NCBI GenBank assembly: GCA_963753975.1
Contig: CAVWEH010000005.1
Location: 544,001 to 608,000, forward strand
DNA length: 64,000 bases
Reading direction: 5' to 3'
Source: an uncultured delta proteobacterium
GTDB taxonomy: Bacteria; Desulfobacterota; Syntrophia; Syntrophales; Smithellaceae
Part shown: piece after piece, positions 1-7,767 of the stretch
Layout: each line of letters opens with the position of its first letter
Position numbering within the stretch: position 1 is the first letter of the stretch
Translations under genes and position numbers: made by a program
Notes under the pieces: generated by a model
Told to the model about the DNA's origin: nothing
The model's database searches: none
What the model saw: the letters and a program-made list of their open reading frames with translations, nothing else

Positions 1-264
1 ACGGGCTTTAAAGCCGCGAGCCTTATTAAGCTCTACGAAGGGTACCTGCTTCCGGGATACTGCAACGAATATATGCATTTTTTTCTTGCCCAGGATCTTT
101 TTTACGAACCTCTTCCTCCCGACGAAGACGAATTTATCGAAATCGTTCCTACCAAATTTTCTCATGTTCAAGAATTGCTTAAAAATGGTGAAATAATTGA
201 CGCTAAAACGGCTTTAGGGATTATCTTAGCCGGTAACTTTCTTCAACAAGAACAAGTTGCTTGA
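1..264 (+). CDS. NUDIX hydrolase (ADP-ribose pyrophosphatase-like), 5' truncated by the window edge
   Basis: Frame open from base 1 (TGFKAASL...PGYCNEYMHFFLA...DEDEFIE...GEIIDAKT), typical of the C-terminal half of NudF-like proteins. Confidence 0.8.
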   Translation, partial: TGFKAASLIKLYEGYLLPGYCNEYMHFFLAQDLFYEPLPPDEDEFIEIVPTKFSHVQELLKNGEIIDAKTALGIILAGNFLQQEQVA

Positions 265-385
265 AAAGTAAAGCAGTCCTTTAAAATGTCTTTTTGACGG
301 CGCTCTTTTATCCTTTAAAGCTCCTTGCCAGAGGTGCAAAGTTTTGTTAGACTTTCTTACAAGCGAATAAAAGGGAGGCACCATC

Positions 386-1684
386 ATGATCTATAACGAA
401 GAGTTTGAAACCCTGCCCCGCGAAGCGCTAAAAGCTCTGCAATTAAAAAGGCTCCAGCAGGCTTTACAGCGAGTTTATCACACCGTGGGATTCTATAAAA
501 AATCCCTGGATGCCACCAAAATCAAACCTGACGATATCAAATCCATTGCCGACATGAAAAAGCTTCCCTTTATCACCAGACAGGATTTGCGTGATAATTA
601 CCCCTTCGGCTTATTTTCGGTGCCGATGAGCAGCATTGTCCGGCTGCACGCTTCTTCCGGCACCAGCGGCAAATCCACTGTCTTCGGCTATACCAAACGC
701 GACATCGAAACGTGGTCTGATCTCGTTGCGCGCTCACTTGTCGCCGCGGGATTAACGAAAAATGACATCATCCATAACGCCTTCGGATATGGATTATTTA
801 CCGGTGGTTTGGGGTTGCATTACGGCGCGGAAAAGATCGGCGCGAGTGTTATTCCCATGTCCGGAGGAAACGCAAAAAGGCAAATCATGATTTTGCAGGA
901 TTTCGGGCCGACTGTTATTTGCTGTACGCCTTCCTACGCATTGCATCTGGCCGAAGAGGGCAAAACCCTGGGCGTCGATATGAAATCGCTAAAATTGCGT
1001 GTGGGTATATTCGGAGCTGAACCGTGGAACAAAGCGATATGCGACGAAATTGAAAAGACTTTCGGGATAACAGCGCTGGATCTTTTTGGTCTATCGGAAG
1101 TTATCGGCCCGGGCATGGCGATGGAATGTCTGGAAGGCCGTAATGGAATGCATATTTTTGAAGACCATTTTATTGTCGAAACGATCAATCCCCAGACCGG
1201 CGAAGTTCTGCCTGAGGGATCTGAGGGAGAACTTGTTTTTACAACTCTGACGAAAGAAGCAAATCCGCTCATCCGCTACCGCTCCGGCGATGTATCACGC
1301 CTGATAACGGAGCCGTGCCGCTGCGGCCGCAGTCACATCAAAATGGAAAGAGTCCTAAAAAGAAGCGATGACATGCTGAATATCCGCGGTGTCAATATTT
1401 TCCCAACACAGGTCGAAGCTATTTTAGTCGATATCGAGGGATTGAAACCCAGTTACCAAATCATTGTTGATAAAGTCGGAGCGTTGGACTCTCTGGAGCT
1501 GCATGTTGAGGCCAGCGACAAGATATTCAGCAATTCCGGAAGTGTCAAAGAATTGCAGAAGATTGAACAAAGAATTGTCAAAGACATGAAGGATTATCTG
1601 GGCATTGCTCCGCGCGTAAAGCTCGTCGAGCCCAATACTCTGCAAAAGACAAGTCCGAAGGTTATTGATAAACGCCGCTTTTGA
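386..1684 (+). CDS. paaK: Phenylacetate-CoA ligase family protein
   Basis: [23 protein letters not shown] and RYRSGD motifs; SD GGAGG upstream. Confidence 0.9.
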   Translation: MIYNEEFETLPREALKALQLKRLQQALQRVYHTVGFYKKSLDATKIKPDDIKSIADMKKLPFITRQDLRDNYPFGLFSVPMSSIVRLHASSGTSGKSTVFGYTKRDIETWSDLVARSLVAAGLTKNDIIHNAFGYGLFTGGLGLHYGAEKIGASVIPMSGGNAKRQIMILQDFGPTVICCTPSYALHLAEEGKTLGVDMKSLKLRVGIFGAEPWNKAICDEIEKTFGITALDLFGLSEVIGPGMAMECLEGRNGMHIFEDHFIVETINPQTGEVLPEGSEGELVFTTLTKEANPLIRYRSGDVSRLITEPCRCGRSHIKMERVLKRSDDMLNIRGVNIFPTQVEAILVDIEGLKPSYQIIVDKVGALDSLELHVEASDKIFSNSGSVKELQKIEQRIVKDMKDYLGIAPRVKLVEPNTLQKTSPKVIDKRRF

Positions 1685-1719
1685 TAGTGAAACTCGCTGA
1701 CTATAGGAAGCCTTAGTTG

Positions 1720-1847
1720 TAATGAGATCCAAGCTTCAGAAACAAAGTGAATAACCTAACGGTCATCTACGGCTGAAGTTTGTTGATCGAATTATCCAAT
1801 AGCCAGGGGTTATTGGAAACTATCCCACTTACGAAGCAAAGTGGGAT
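1720..1847 (+). repeat. Palindromic intergenic repeat, family A (TAATGARAYYCAARCTTC...GAAGTTTG) plus ATCCCAC..GTGGGAT hairpin
   Basis: Aligns by eye with reverse-strand copies at 31042-31094 and 52276-52360. Confidence 0.75.
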
Positions 1848-1877
1848 CATGATTATTGAAGGACGAAGGGGGGTTAT

Positions 1878-2309
1878 ATGAAAGTAGAACAAATATCTGT
1901 TTTTCTGGAAAATAAACCCGGTACGCTGGAAAAAGCGACGCGCGTGCTTAAAGACGCCGACATCAATATCCGCACCCTGTCTCTGGCCGAAACGGCGGAT
2001 TTCGGTATCTTGCGCTTGATTGTCAATAACGTGGAAAAAGCCAATAAGGTTCTTAAGGATAGCGGATTTCAGGTCAGCAAAACCCCTGTTGTCGCCGTGG
2101 AAGTTCCCGACAAACCGGGCGGCCTGCACAGTATTATGGAAGTTGTCTCCAAGGAAGGTATCAACGTCGAATACCTTTACGCCTTTGTCGAAAAAAGCGG
2201 GCAGAACGCCGTTATTATCTTCCGCTTTGACAATCCGGAAAAGGCGATTGAAGTACTGACAAAAAATTCGTTCAACGTCATTCCCGGGGCTAAATTATAT
2301 CAGTTCTAG
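1878..2309 (+). CDS. ACT-domain protein (two ACT repeats) commonly linked to paaK
   Basis: QISVFLENKPG...FGILRLIV...VPDKPGGL...INVEYLYAF. Confidence 0.9.
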   Translation: MKVEQISVFLENKPGTLEKATRVLKDADINIRTLSLAETADFGILRLIVNNVEKANKVLKDSGFQVSKTPVVAVEVPDKPGGLHSIMEVVSKEGINVEYLYAFVEKSGQNAVIIFRFDNPEKAIEVLTKNSFNVIPGAKLYQF

Positions 2310-2340
2310 TCACGCGATTATTGAAAAGCAATAAGACACT

Positions 2341-3114
2341 ATGGCTGAATCCTTAAAACAATCCATCAAGAAATTTTTGCGCCCGCAGGTTGACGCAGTC
2401 GGCTTTGCGGATGTCAAGCGCTTTGCCGATGCTCCCGAAGCTCATCACCCCGCACGCGTTTGCTCCGATGCCAAAACCGTGATCGTTATCGGCATAACCG
2501 TCCCGCAGGGAATGTTGCGCTCGCCCAATTATAATCTCTATGCCGTGCACAGAACCTATCACAGCGCTTACACGCGCCTCGATCACATATCACTCGCACT
2601 CAGCAGCTTCATAGAGGCCAAAAGCGGCCACCTGGCGCTTCCGATTCCCAGCTACGCTCCTGTTGTTGTTCATCAATTCGAGCCGTGGGGTATTATGTCG
2701 TTAAAGCATGCGGCCGTAAAAGCTGGTTTAGGACGATTCGGCCGCTCCGGACAAGTTTATCATCCCAAGTACGGCTCGCTATTGAGGCTTGCCGCTGTTG
2801 TCACGAGCGCCTCAATCTCTGCCGATGCGCTGGCGGCTGAAGATATACCCTGTCCGCCTAATTGCTCTGCGTGCATGAAAGTCTGCCCTTCCAAAGCTTT
2901 TGATGAAACCGGCAGATTCAACAAAATGACCTGCCTTGCCCACTCCGTAAAACACGCCATCTATCCCCTCGCGCTGAACACCGAAGCTGGCCTCAAAAAA
3001 ATCGAACGCGTCATCAACACCGCCGGACACAATTACTGGATTGATTGCGATGAATGCGTGAAGGTATGTCCGCTGAATAAGAAGAAGGAGAATATTAGGA
3101 AGTATTCGCATTAA
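2341..3114 (+). CDS. Epoxyqueuosine reductase (QueG)-like 4Fe-4S protein
   Basis: KHAAVKAGLG..G, HPKYGS, CxxCxxxCP and DCDECVKVCP. Confidence 0.7.
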   Translation: MAESLKQSIKKFLRPQVDAVGFADVKRFADAPEAHHPARVCSDAKTVIVIGITVPQGMLRSPNYNLYAVHRTYHSAYTRLDHISLALSSFIEAKSGHLALPIPSYAPVVVHQFEPWGIMSLKHAAVKAGLGRFGRSGQVYHPKYGSLLRLAAVVTSASISADALAAEDIPCPPNCSACMKVCPSKAFDETGRFNKMTCLAHSVKHAIYPLALNTEAGLKKIERVINTAGHNYWIDCDECVKVCPLNKKKENIRKYSH

Positions 3115-3176
3115 AAAAGTGAGTTCCAGCGTGAGGGTTTATGCCGTAAATTTGCGGTGTTTGCTATATTAACATA

Positions 3177-3199
3177 GATATGTATAAACAATGTTCGGC
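3177..3199 (+). other. attI-like cassette landing site (GATATGTATAAACAAT-G/TTCGGC)
   Basis: GTTCGGC (3193-3199) is the exact reverse complement of R'' GCCGAAC of the first cassette; upstream motif shared with 30593-30615 and 30894-30916. Confidence 0.65.
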
Positions 3200-3211
3200 A
3201 GGAGTTACGAG

Positions 3212-3658
3212 ATGACAAAACCAAAACAGATTCTACGATGGCTCGCAGTGATACCCGGCGCGGTGCTTGGCGTAGTCATCGTAATGTTTCCGGTGCACTG
3301 GCTTGCCATGTACATTCACCACTTTGGAGCTGGCGAACCAATAATCACCGACGAGCAAGGCAGGGGACTACTCCAGTCTATGCCACTTGAGTCCCTTGAA
3401 AGATTCGGCGACGCGTTGTTCGTAGCTGGCATACTCGTAGGTGTCGGCGCCTTCATAGCTCCACGGTTCCATTTCGCTACAGCCATAGTGCTCACAGTGC
3501 TGCTTATCGGCTCAATGTCGTGGGTATTCGTGCACGCCATTTCCATGGGCATGCAGATCGAGGACTCCCCTGTCCGTATGCTCATCACTGTCATGCTCTG
3601 GTTGGTGAGCACTTTTTTATGCACGCGGGCTCGACAAAGTAGCCGAACAATAGCCTGA
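3212..3658 (+). CDS. Cassette 1: hypothetical membrane protein (about 4 TM)
   Basis: ATG at 3212 with SD GGAG just after the R' core site; hydrophobic segments; stop lies inside the attC. Confidence 0.75.
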   Translation: MTKPKQILRWLAVIPGAVLGVVIVMFPVHWLAMYIHHFGAGEPIITDEQGRGLLQSMPLESLERFGDALFVAGILVGVGAFIAPRFHFATAIVLTVLLIGSMSWVFVHAISMGMQIEDSPVRMLITVMLWLVSTFLCTRARQSSRTIA

Positions 3659-3700
3659 ACGCGATGGTCTAAAGTCTGCGCGTTAGGCTCATCGTTAGAC
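3642..3700 (+). other. attC site (59 bp, canonical)
   Basis: R'' GCCGAAC, 5-bp spacer, L'' CCT(G)AACG with extrahelical base, L' CGTTAGG, 6-bp spacer, R' GTTAGAC. Confidence 0.9.
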
Positions 3701-3714
3701 CTGAAGAGGAATTG

Positions 3715-4236
3715 ATGAACGAAGCCAGTCTCTCAATGATGAGAAATCACGAAATCTTCAGCCTTTTTGCTGAAATCATCGAGGAACTCAGCCGCAGAGG
3801 GGTGACGCGAAGCAAGAACAATCCTGTTGGCGACTATGCCGAGCATCTTGTGTGTAAAGCCTTCGCGCTGACTCCGGCAGAGAAATCAACAAAGGGGTAC
3901 GACGCTACAGATAGCGCTGGAAAGAAATATGAAATCAAAGCCAGACGCAAGGGCACCCGAAGCAATCCCACCCGCTTCAGCGCGATTCGCGATCTTCAGC
4001 ACCGGCAGTTTGATTTTCTCGTAGCCGTTCTATTCTCTCAGGAATTCACCGTCATGCGCGCGGCACTCATCCCCTACGATCTCATTCTAAAGCTCACTTT
4101 TCGTCAAGAACATGTGAACGGCTGGATTCTGCCCGTTCGCGACAGCGTCTGGGCAGCTAATGGCGTGGTGGACGTCACCGCAAAACTAAAAAAAATACAA
4201 AAAAAAGATGAGCGTCCAACGATTACATCAAACTGA
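3715..4236 (+). CDS. Cassette 2: putative PD-(D/E)XK nuclease-fold protein
   Basis: NNPVGDYAE...KGYDA...YEIKAR fits an E...D...ExK restriction-endonuclease-like pattern. Confidence 0.6.
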   Translation: MNEASLSMMRNHEIFSLFAEIIEELSRRGVTRSKNNPVGDYAEHLVCKAFALTPAEKSTKGYDATDSAGKKYEIKARRKGTRSNPTRFSAIRDLQHRQFDFLVAVLFSQEFTVMRAALIPYDLILKLTFRQEHVNGWILPVRDSVWAANGVVDVTAKLKKIQKKDERPTITSN

Positions 4237-4302
4237 TGTGGAATAGCCGCGTCAGGTTAATGCACTGGTGATTTCCCGCGCAGATTATACGAATCGTTGG
4301 AC
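4214..4302 (+). other. attC site (89 bp)
   Basis: Perfect 11-bp terminal inverted repeat GTCCAACGATT...AATCGTTGGAC with degenerate L boxes. Confidence 0.8.
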
Positions 4303-4318
4303 CAAAGGAATTTAACGA

Positions 4319-4927
4319 ATGTCAATATCTTTGGATGAATTTGTAAGTGGGTACGGGGAATTCCAACGACGTGAACGACGAGACGCAATGTACAAAACTG
4401 CCATTTTTCTCGTAAATCACTTTTGGGGCAAGCCAGCAGACATGGCTGATGGTATGGGAGTCCTTCTCCTTACATGGAACCAAGCCTTCTATCGGTATGG
4501 CCCCTTTGATTTCGATAAACTTGAACAAGCTATTGAGTCCAACTTTACTGTAATTGATGGTTTTCATAACAGAAACATTTTGACACTCAGCGCTTCTGAC
4601 GAACTCGCTATCAAGGATTTGTTTGATGAGTTTCTTGACGCCTTGCAGATTGCTGACGGTAAGATGAGGGGCAAAAAAAGTCCTGTTGCTGTGGCAAAGG
4701 CATTGCACCTTCTAGGCCCGGCTTTCTTCACGTTGTGGGACGATAAGATAGCACGGGCATACGATTCTTATTACAAAACCCACCCTGCTGATAGCTACCT
4801 CTCCTTCTCCTACAAGATACAGAACCTAGCCCAACAGATTGGATCACAGGCTTCGATTGGTGGGAAGACTCTCTTGAAGCTCATAGATGAATACAATTAT
4901 GCCAAACACACAAAAGGCTGGATATGA
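4319..4927 (+). CDS. Cassette 3: hypothetical protein, possible helical DNA glycosylase-like fold
   Basis: 202-aa ORF with AKALHLLGPAFFTLWDDKI motif; function is inference. Confidence 0.6.
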   Translation: MSISLDEFVSGYGEFQRRERRDAMYKTAIFLVNHFWGKPADMADGMGVLLLTWNQAFYRYGPFDFDKLEQAIESNFTVIDGFHNRNILTLSASDELAIKDLFDEFLDALQIADGKMRGKKSPVAVAKALHLLGPAFFTLWDDKIARAYDSYYKTHPADSYLSFSYKIQNLAQQIGSQASIGGKTLLKLIDEYNYAKHTKGWI

Positions 4928-4930
4928 ATC

Positions 4931-4985
4931 GTCCACCGAGGCGTTCTATCGGATCGCTTACGCTTTGGTGAATTCGCCGATAGGA
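4931..4985 (+). other. Degenerate attC site
   Basis: GTCCACC-GAGGC-GTTCTATC...GGTGAAT-TCGCC-GATAGGA; core triplets altered (ACC, GAT). Confidence 0.6.
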
Positions 4986-4992
4986 ATACTTC

Positions 4993-5316
4993 TTACTTGT
5001 GCTTCCCTCTCGGTTTCCCACACTCTTTACATTTTCCATCCGGACCAATAATGCCGATACAGGCCTCGTCGCTGCACAACACTCGCTTTTCCCAATCTTC
5101 GTCGGATTCTGTTTCTATTGAAGGAAATGGCTCTTGCTTCTTTATCTTCGCCTTTTTGGCGCTCCTCGTGCTGACTCCCGACGGAAGTTTGCCTTCATAC
5201 GGTTTCCCGCATTCCTTGCATTTGCCGTCAGTGCCAATGGTGCCAATACAGCTTTCATCTCTGCATAGGATTCTTTTTTCCCAATCTTCATTTTCATCAA
5301 AAATTAGTTCCGTCAT
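4993..5316 (-). CDS. Small protein with two tandem Cys4 (putative Zn-binding) repeats
   Basis: DWEKRxLCxDExCIGxIGxDGKCKECGKP occurs twice; SD GGAG before ATG at 5316. Confidence 0.8.
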   Translation of the reverse strand: MTELIFDENEDWEKRILCRDESCIGTIGTDGKCKECGKPYEGKLPSGVSTRSAKKAKIKKQEPFPSIETESDEDWEKRVLCSDEACIGIIGPDGKCKECGKPRGKHK

Positions 5317-5389
5317 GTCCGTCTCCAAAGATTATTAATGACGCTACTTATAACAGCGTCACAATTTTTTCCAGATAGAAAACACTATA

Positions 5390-5416
5390 AGATTTCTCGC
5401 TGCGCTCGAAATGACA
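5390..5416. repeat. Short REP-like palindrome (AGATTTCTCGCTGCGCTCGAAATGACA)
   Basis: Imperfect hairpin; related degenerate copies at 41956-41986 and 48869-48897. Confidence 0.55.
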
Positions 5417-5437
5417 GAGAGGAGGGTTCTTAAATGT

Positions 5438-5645
5438 TATTGCCAAGACGCATGGAAGCTAACGCCTATTTGCGTCGCTTCCCGGTAAGGTAAAGTCTAC
5501 TTTTATTGCGTGTCCTTCGGTTACGCACCCGGTCAAAAGGATACCGAGGCGGCAAGGAGGAGGCTCCGCAGGCGTATTACTAATACGTTGAGGAAGCCGA
5601 CAACGCTGCCAACAAAGGTAGCCAAATGAAGGCGGTCTTGGCAGT
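5438..5645 (+). mobile_element. MITE-like element, family D, abutting the rtcB stop codon
   Basis: TIRs ATTGCCAAGAC (5439-5449) / GTCTTGGCAGT (5635-5645); body matches the inverted copy at 7084-7209 and carries an extra ~80 bp internal segment. Confidence 0.75.
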
Positions 5646-7099
5646 CAGCCTTTTATGCAGGCTATTGATTTTAAGCGTGCTACTTTCTTCGCCAGGCCCG
5701 CATCATGAACAACCTGCACGACATCCTGCAAATTCTTATAAGCTTCCGGGATTTCTTCTTCCAGGGTTCCCTTGCTGCCGGCCATGACCAAAACTCCCTG
5801 TTGGGCCAGTTCCTTCGCAATAGACCGGCCGCGACTGGCTTTGACCGCCTGATGCCGGCTCATCACCCGCCCCGCGCCATGGCAGGCGCTGCCGAATGTC
5901 TCTTCCATCGCTTTTTCCTGACCCACCAATACGTAAGATCCGTGTCCCATATCACCCGGAATAAGCACCGGCTGACCAACGCTTTTATAACGCTCAGCCA
6001 GAGCATCATGGCCGGCGGGAAACGCTCGCGTTGCGCCCTTGCGGTGGACACAAAGTTTTTTCATTTTTCCCTGAATTTTAAAATCCTCTATTTTAGCGAT
6101 GTTATGACAAACATCATAAACCAAATGCATTCCCAATTCCCGCGGGGCCATCCCGAGTGTTTTTTCGAATATCTCCCGCGTACGGTGCATCAGCAGCTGC
6201 CTGTTCGCCCAGGCGTAATTAGCCCCGCACGCCATCGCGGCAAGATAATTTTGTGCACGTGTTGTATTCAGATACGCGCAGGCGAGTTGCCTGTCGGGAA
6301 GCTCGATTTTTGTTTCCTGCATGTGTTTAACCATCAGCGCCAGATAATCATCGCAAATCTGATAACCCAGACCGCGCGAGCCGCTGTGAATCATGACAGC
6401 AATCTGCCCTTTACGCAAACCGAATGCCTGTGCCGCTTTTTCGTCAAATATTTCCTGAACAACTTCAATTTCCAGAAAATGATTGCCGGAACCTAATGTG
6501 CCTAATTGCTGCTTTCCTCTCTCCAGCGCGCGAGCGGACACATGATCCGAGTCAGCTCCGACCATTGCACCGCCATCTTCCGTTGCTTCCAAATCTTCCG
6601 CCAGGCCGAAACCGGTCTTAACGACCCACTTAGCGCCTTCCTCCAAAACCCTTTTTTCGTCTTTCCCCGATAGTTTGACCTGGCCTGTGGAGCCGACACC
6701 GGAGGGGATATGGTGAAATAATGCCGTCGTCAAGTCGCTGATTTTTTCTTTAATGTCGCCTAAAGATAAATTGGTCGCCACCAGACGGCAGCCGCAATTG
6801 ATATCGTAGCCCACTCCTCCCGGAGAAACAATGCCTTCCGTGAGATCAAAGGCTGCGACTCCGCCGATGGGGAAGCCATAACCCCAATGGACATCCGGCA
6901 TAGCCAGCGAATAATTAACAATGCCGGGCAAATGCGCGACATTGGCCACCTGTTTGACGCTTTCATCGTTCTTTAGGATCTGATATATTTTTTCATTGGC
7001 ATAAATAATCCCCGGCACTTTCATTTTTCCCGTTTGAGGCAAAAGCCAGCGATTATCATCTAGGCGTTCAAGCTTTATTTCAGGCCAAGGTGCATTCAT
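5645..7099 (-). CDS. rtcB: RNA-splicing ligase RtcB (archaeal/eukaryote-like long form)
   Basis: MPDVHWGYGFPIGGV, GYDINCG, GSGNHFLE, HSGSRG, HNIAK, HRKGATRA, HGAGR and EEIPEAYK motifs. Confidence 0.95.
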   Translation of the reverse strand: MNAPWPEIKLERLDDNRWLLPQTGKMKVPGIIYANEKIYQILKNDESVKQVANVAHLPGIVNYSLAMPDVHWGYGFPIGGVAAFDLTEGIVSPGGVGYDINCGCRLVATNLSLGDIKEKISDLTTALFHHIPSGVGSTGQVKLSGKDEKRVLEEGAKWVVKTGFGLAEDLEATEDGGAMVGADSDHVSARALERGKQQLGTLGSGNHFLEIEVVQEIFDEKAAQAFGLRKGQIAVMIHSGSRGLGYQICDDYLALMVKHMQETKIELPDRQLACAYLNTTRAQNYLAAMACGANYAWANRQLLMHRTREIFEKTLGMAPRELGMHLVYDVCHNIAKIEDFKIQGKMKKLCVHRKGATRAFPAGHDALAERYKSVGQPVLIPGDMGHGSYVLVGQEKAMEETFGSACHGAGRVMSRHQAVKASRGRSIAKELAQQGVLVMAGSKGTLEEEIPEAYKNLQDVVQVVHDAGLAKKVARLKSIACIKG

Positions 7100-7209
7100 T
7101 CGTCTACCTTTGTTGGCTGCGTCATCGCCTTCTTCAACGTATCAAAATATACGTCTTCGTCGTCTCTTCCTTGCCGTCGCGGTATACTGTTGACTGCATC
7201 TTGGCAATA
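7084..7209 (-). mobile_element. MITE-like element, family D, overlapping the rtcB start
   Basis: TIRs GCCAAGGTGCA (7084-7094) / TGCATCTTGGC (7195-7205); inverted relative to the copy at 5438-5645. Confidence 0.75.
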
Positions 7210-7228
7210 TTTTGATGGAATCCTGTTC

Positions 7229-7645
7229 TCAGACATCGAAAATCACCTTTGCCCTCCAGCCTTCAGCTGCCTTTCTAATGCTTAAATCATGATAGGTCAC
7301 GGCTTTTATTTCTTTCCTTAACTGATGCTTATGCGGATTATACGGCTCTCCCCGCAGCTGCGCAACTATTTGCGTGTCGGACAATTCTAAAAGTTTACAC
7401 TTCTTAACGAGCCATCTTTCCCCGTTAAATAAATAGAGGGCTTCCCGCAGAAAGTTAACCAGAAGGTCTTCTATGTCCGTACCTTTAGCCGCTATAACTT
7501 TTTCGTTAACATTATTCACGCCCGTAAGATCAACAATTAAATCGAAGAGCGCATCAACAGCATTTGCAAAAAGCTCTTTTTTTGCTTTGCCCCATACCTC
7601 GATACCGATGTCGGCAGTATGATTAAGAAGTTTATAGTGCTTCAT
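7229..7645 (-). CDS. Archease
   Basis: HTADIG at the N-terminus and EIKAVTYH...FDV at the C-terminus; adjacent to rtcB. Confidence 0.92.
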   Translation of the reverse strand: MKHYKLLNHTADIGIEVWGKAKKELFANAVDALFDLIVDLTGVNNVNEKVIAAKGTDIEDLLVNFLREALYLFNGERWLVKKCKLLELSDTQIVAQLRGEPYNPHKHQLRKEIKAVTYHDLSIRKAAEGWRAKVIFDV

Positions 7646-7694
7646 AAGCTAACTATAATTAAATCGAAGGCCAAAAACAAGCTTTGCCGACTTC

Positions 7695-7733
7695 AAAAAA
7701 AAGCCCCTTACCGTGGCAGTAAAGAGCTTTTTT
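7695..7733 (-). terminator. Probable intrinsic terminator after gyrA
   Basis: AAAAAAAAGC-CCCTTAC...GTAAAGA-GCTTTTTT imperfect hairpin with A/T tracts on both sides. Confidence 0.6.
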
Positions 7734-7767
7734 AAAAAACGTTTTTATTTACCGACTAATGCCGCTA

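Larger units (their letters stand above)
3193..4985 (+). mobile_element. Array of three integron gene cassettes without an integrase (CALIN)
   Basis: Three co-oriented orphan ORFs, each followed by an attC; R'/R'' pairs GTTCGGC/GCCGAAC, GTTAGAC/GTCCAAC and GTTGGAC/GTCCACC. Confidence 0.85.

Noticed and set aside
5705..6496. 263-aa ORF antisense to rtcB, and similar shadow ORFs such as 42940-43524 and 43833-44405
   Set aside because: They overlap well-supported genes on the opposite strand and have no recognisable motifs.
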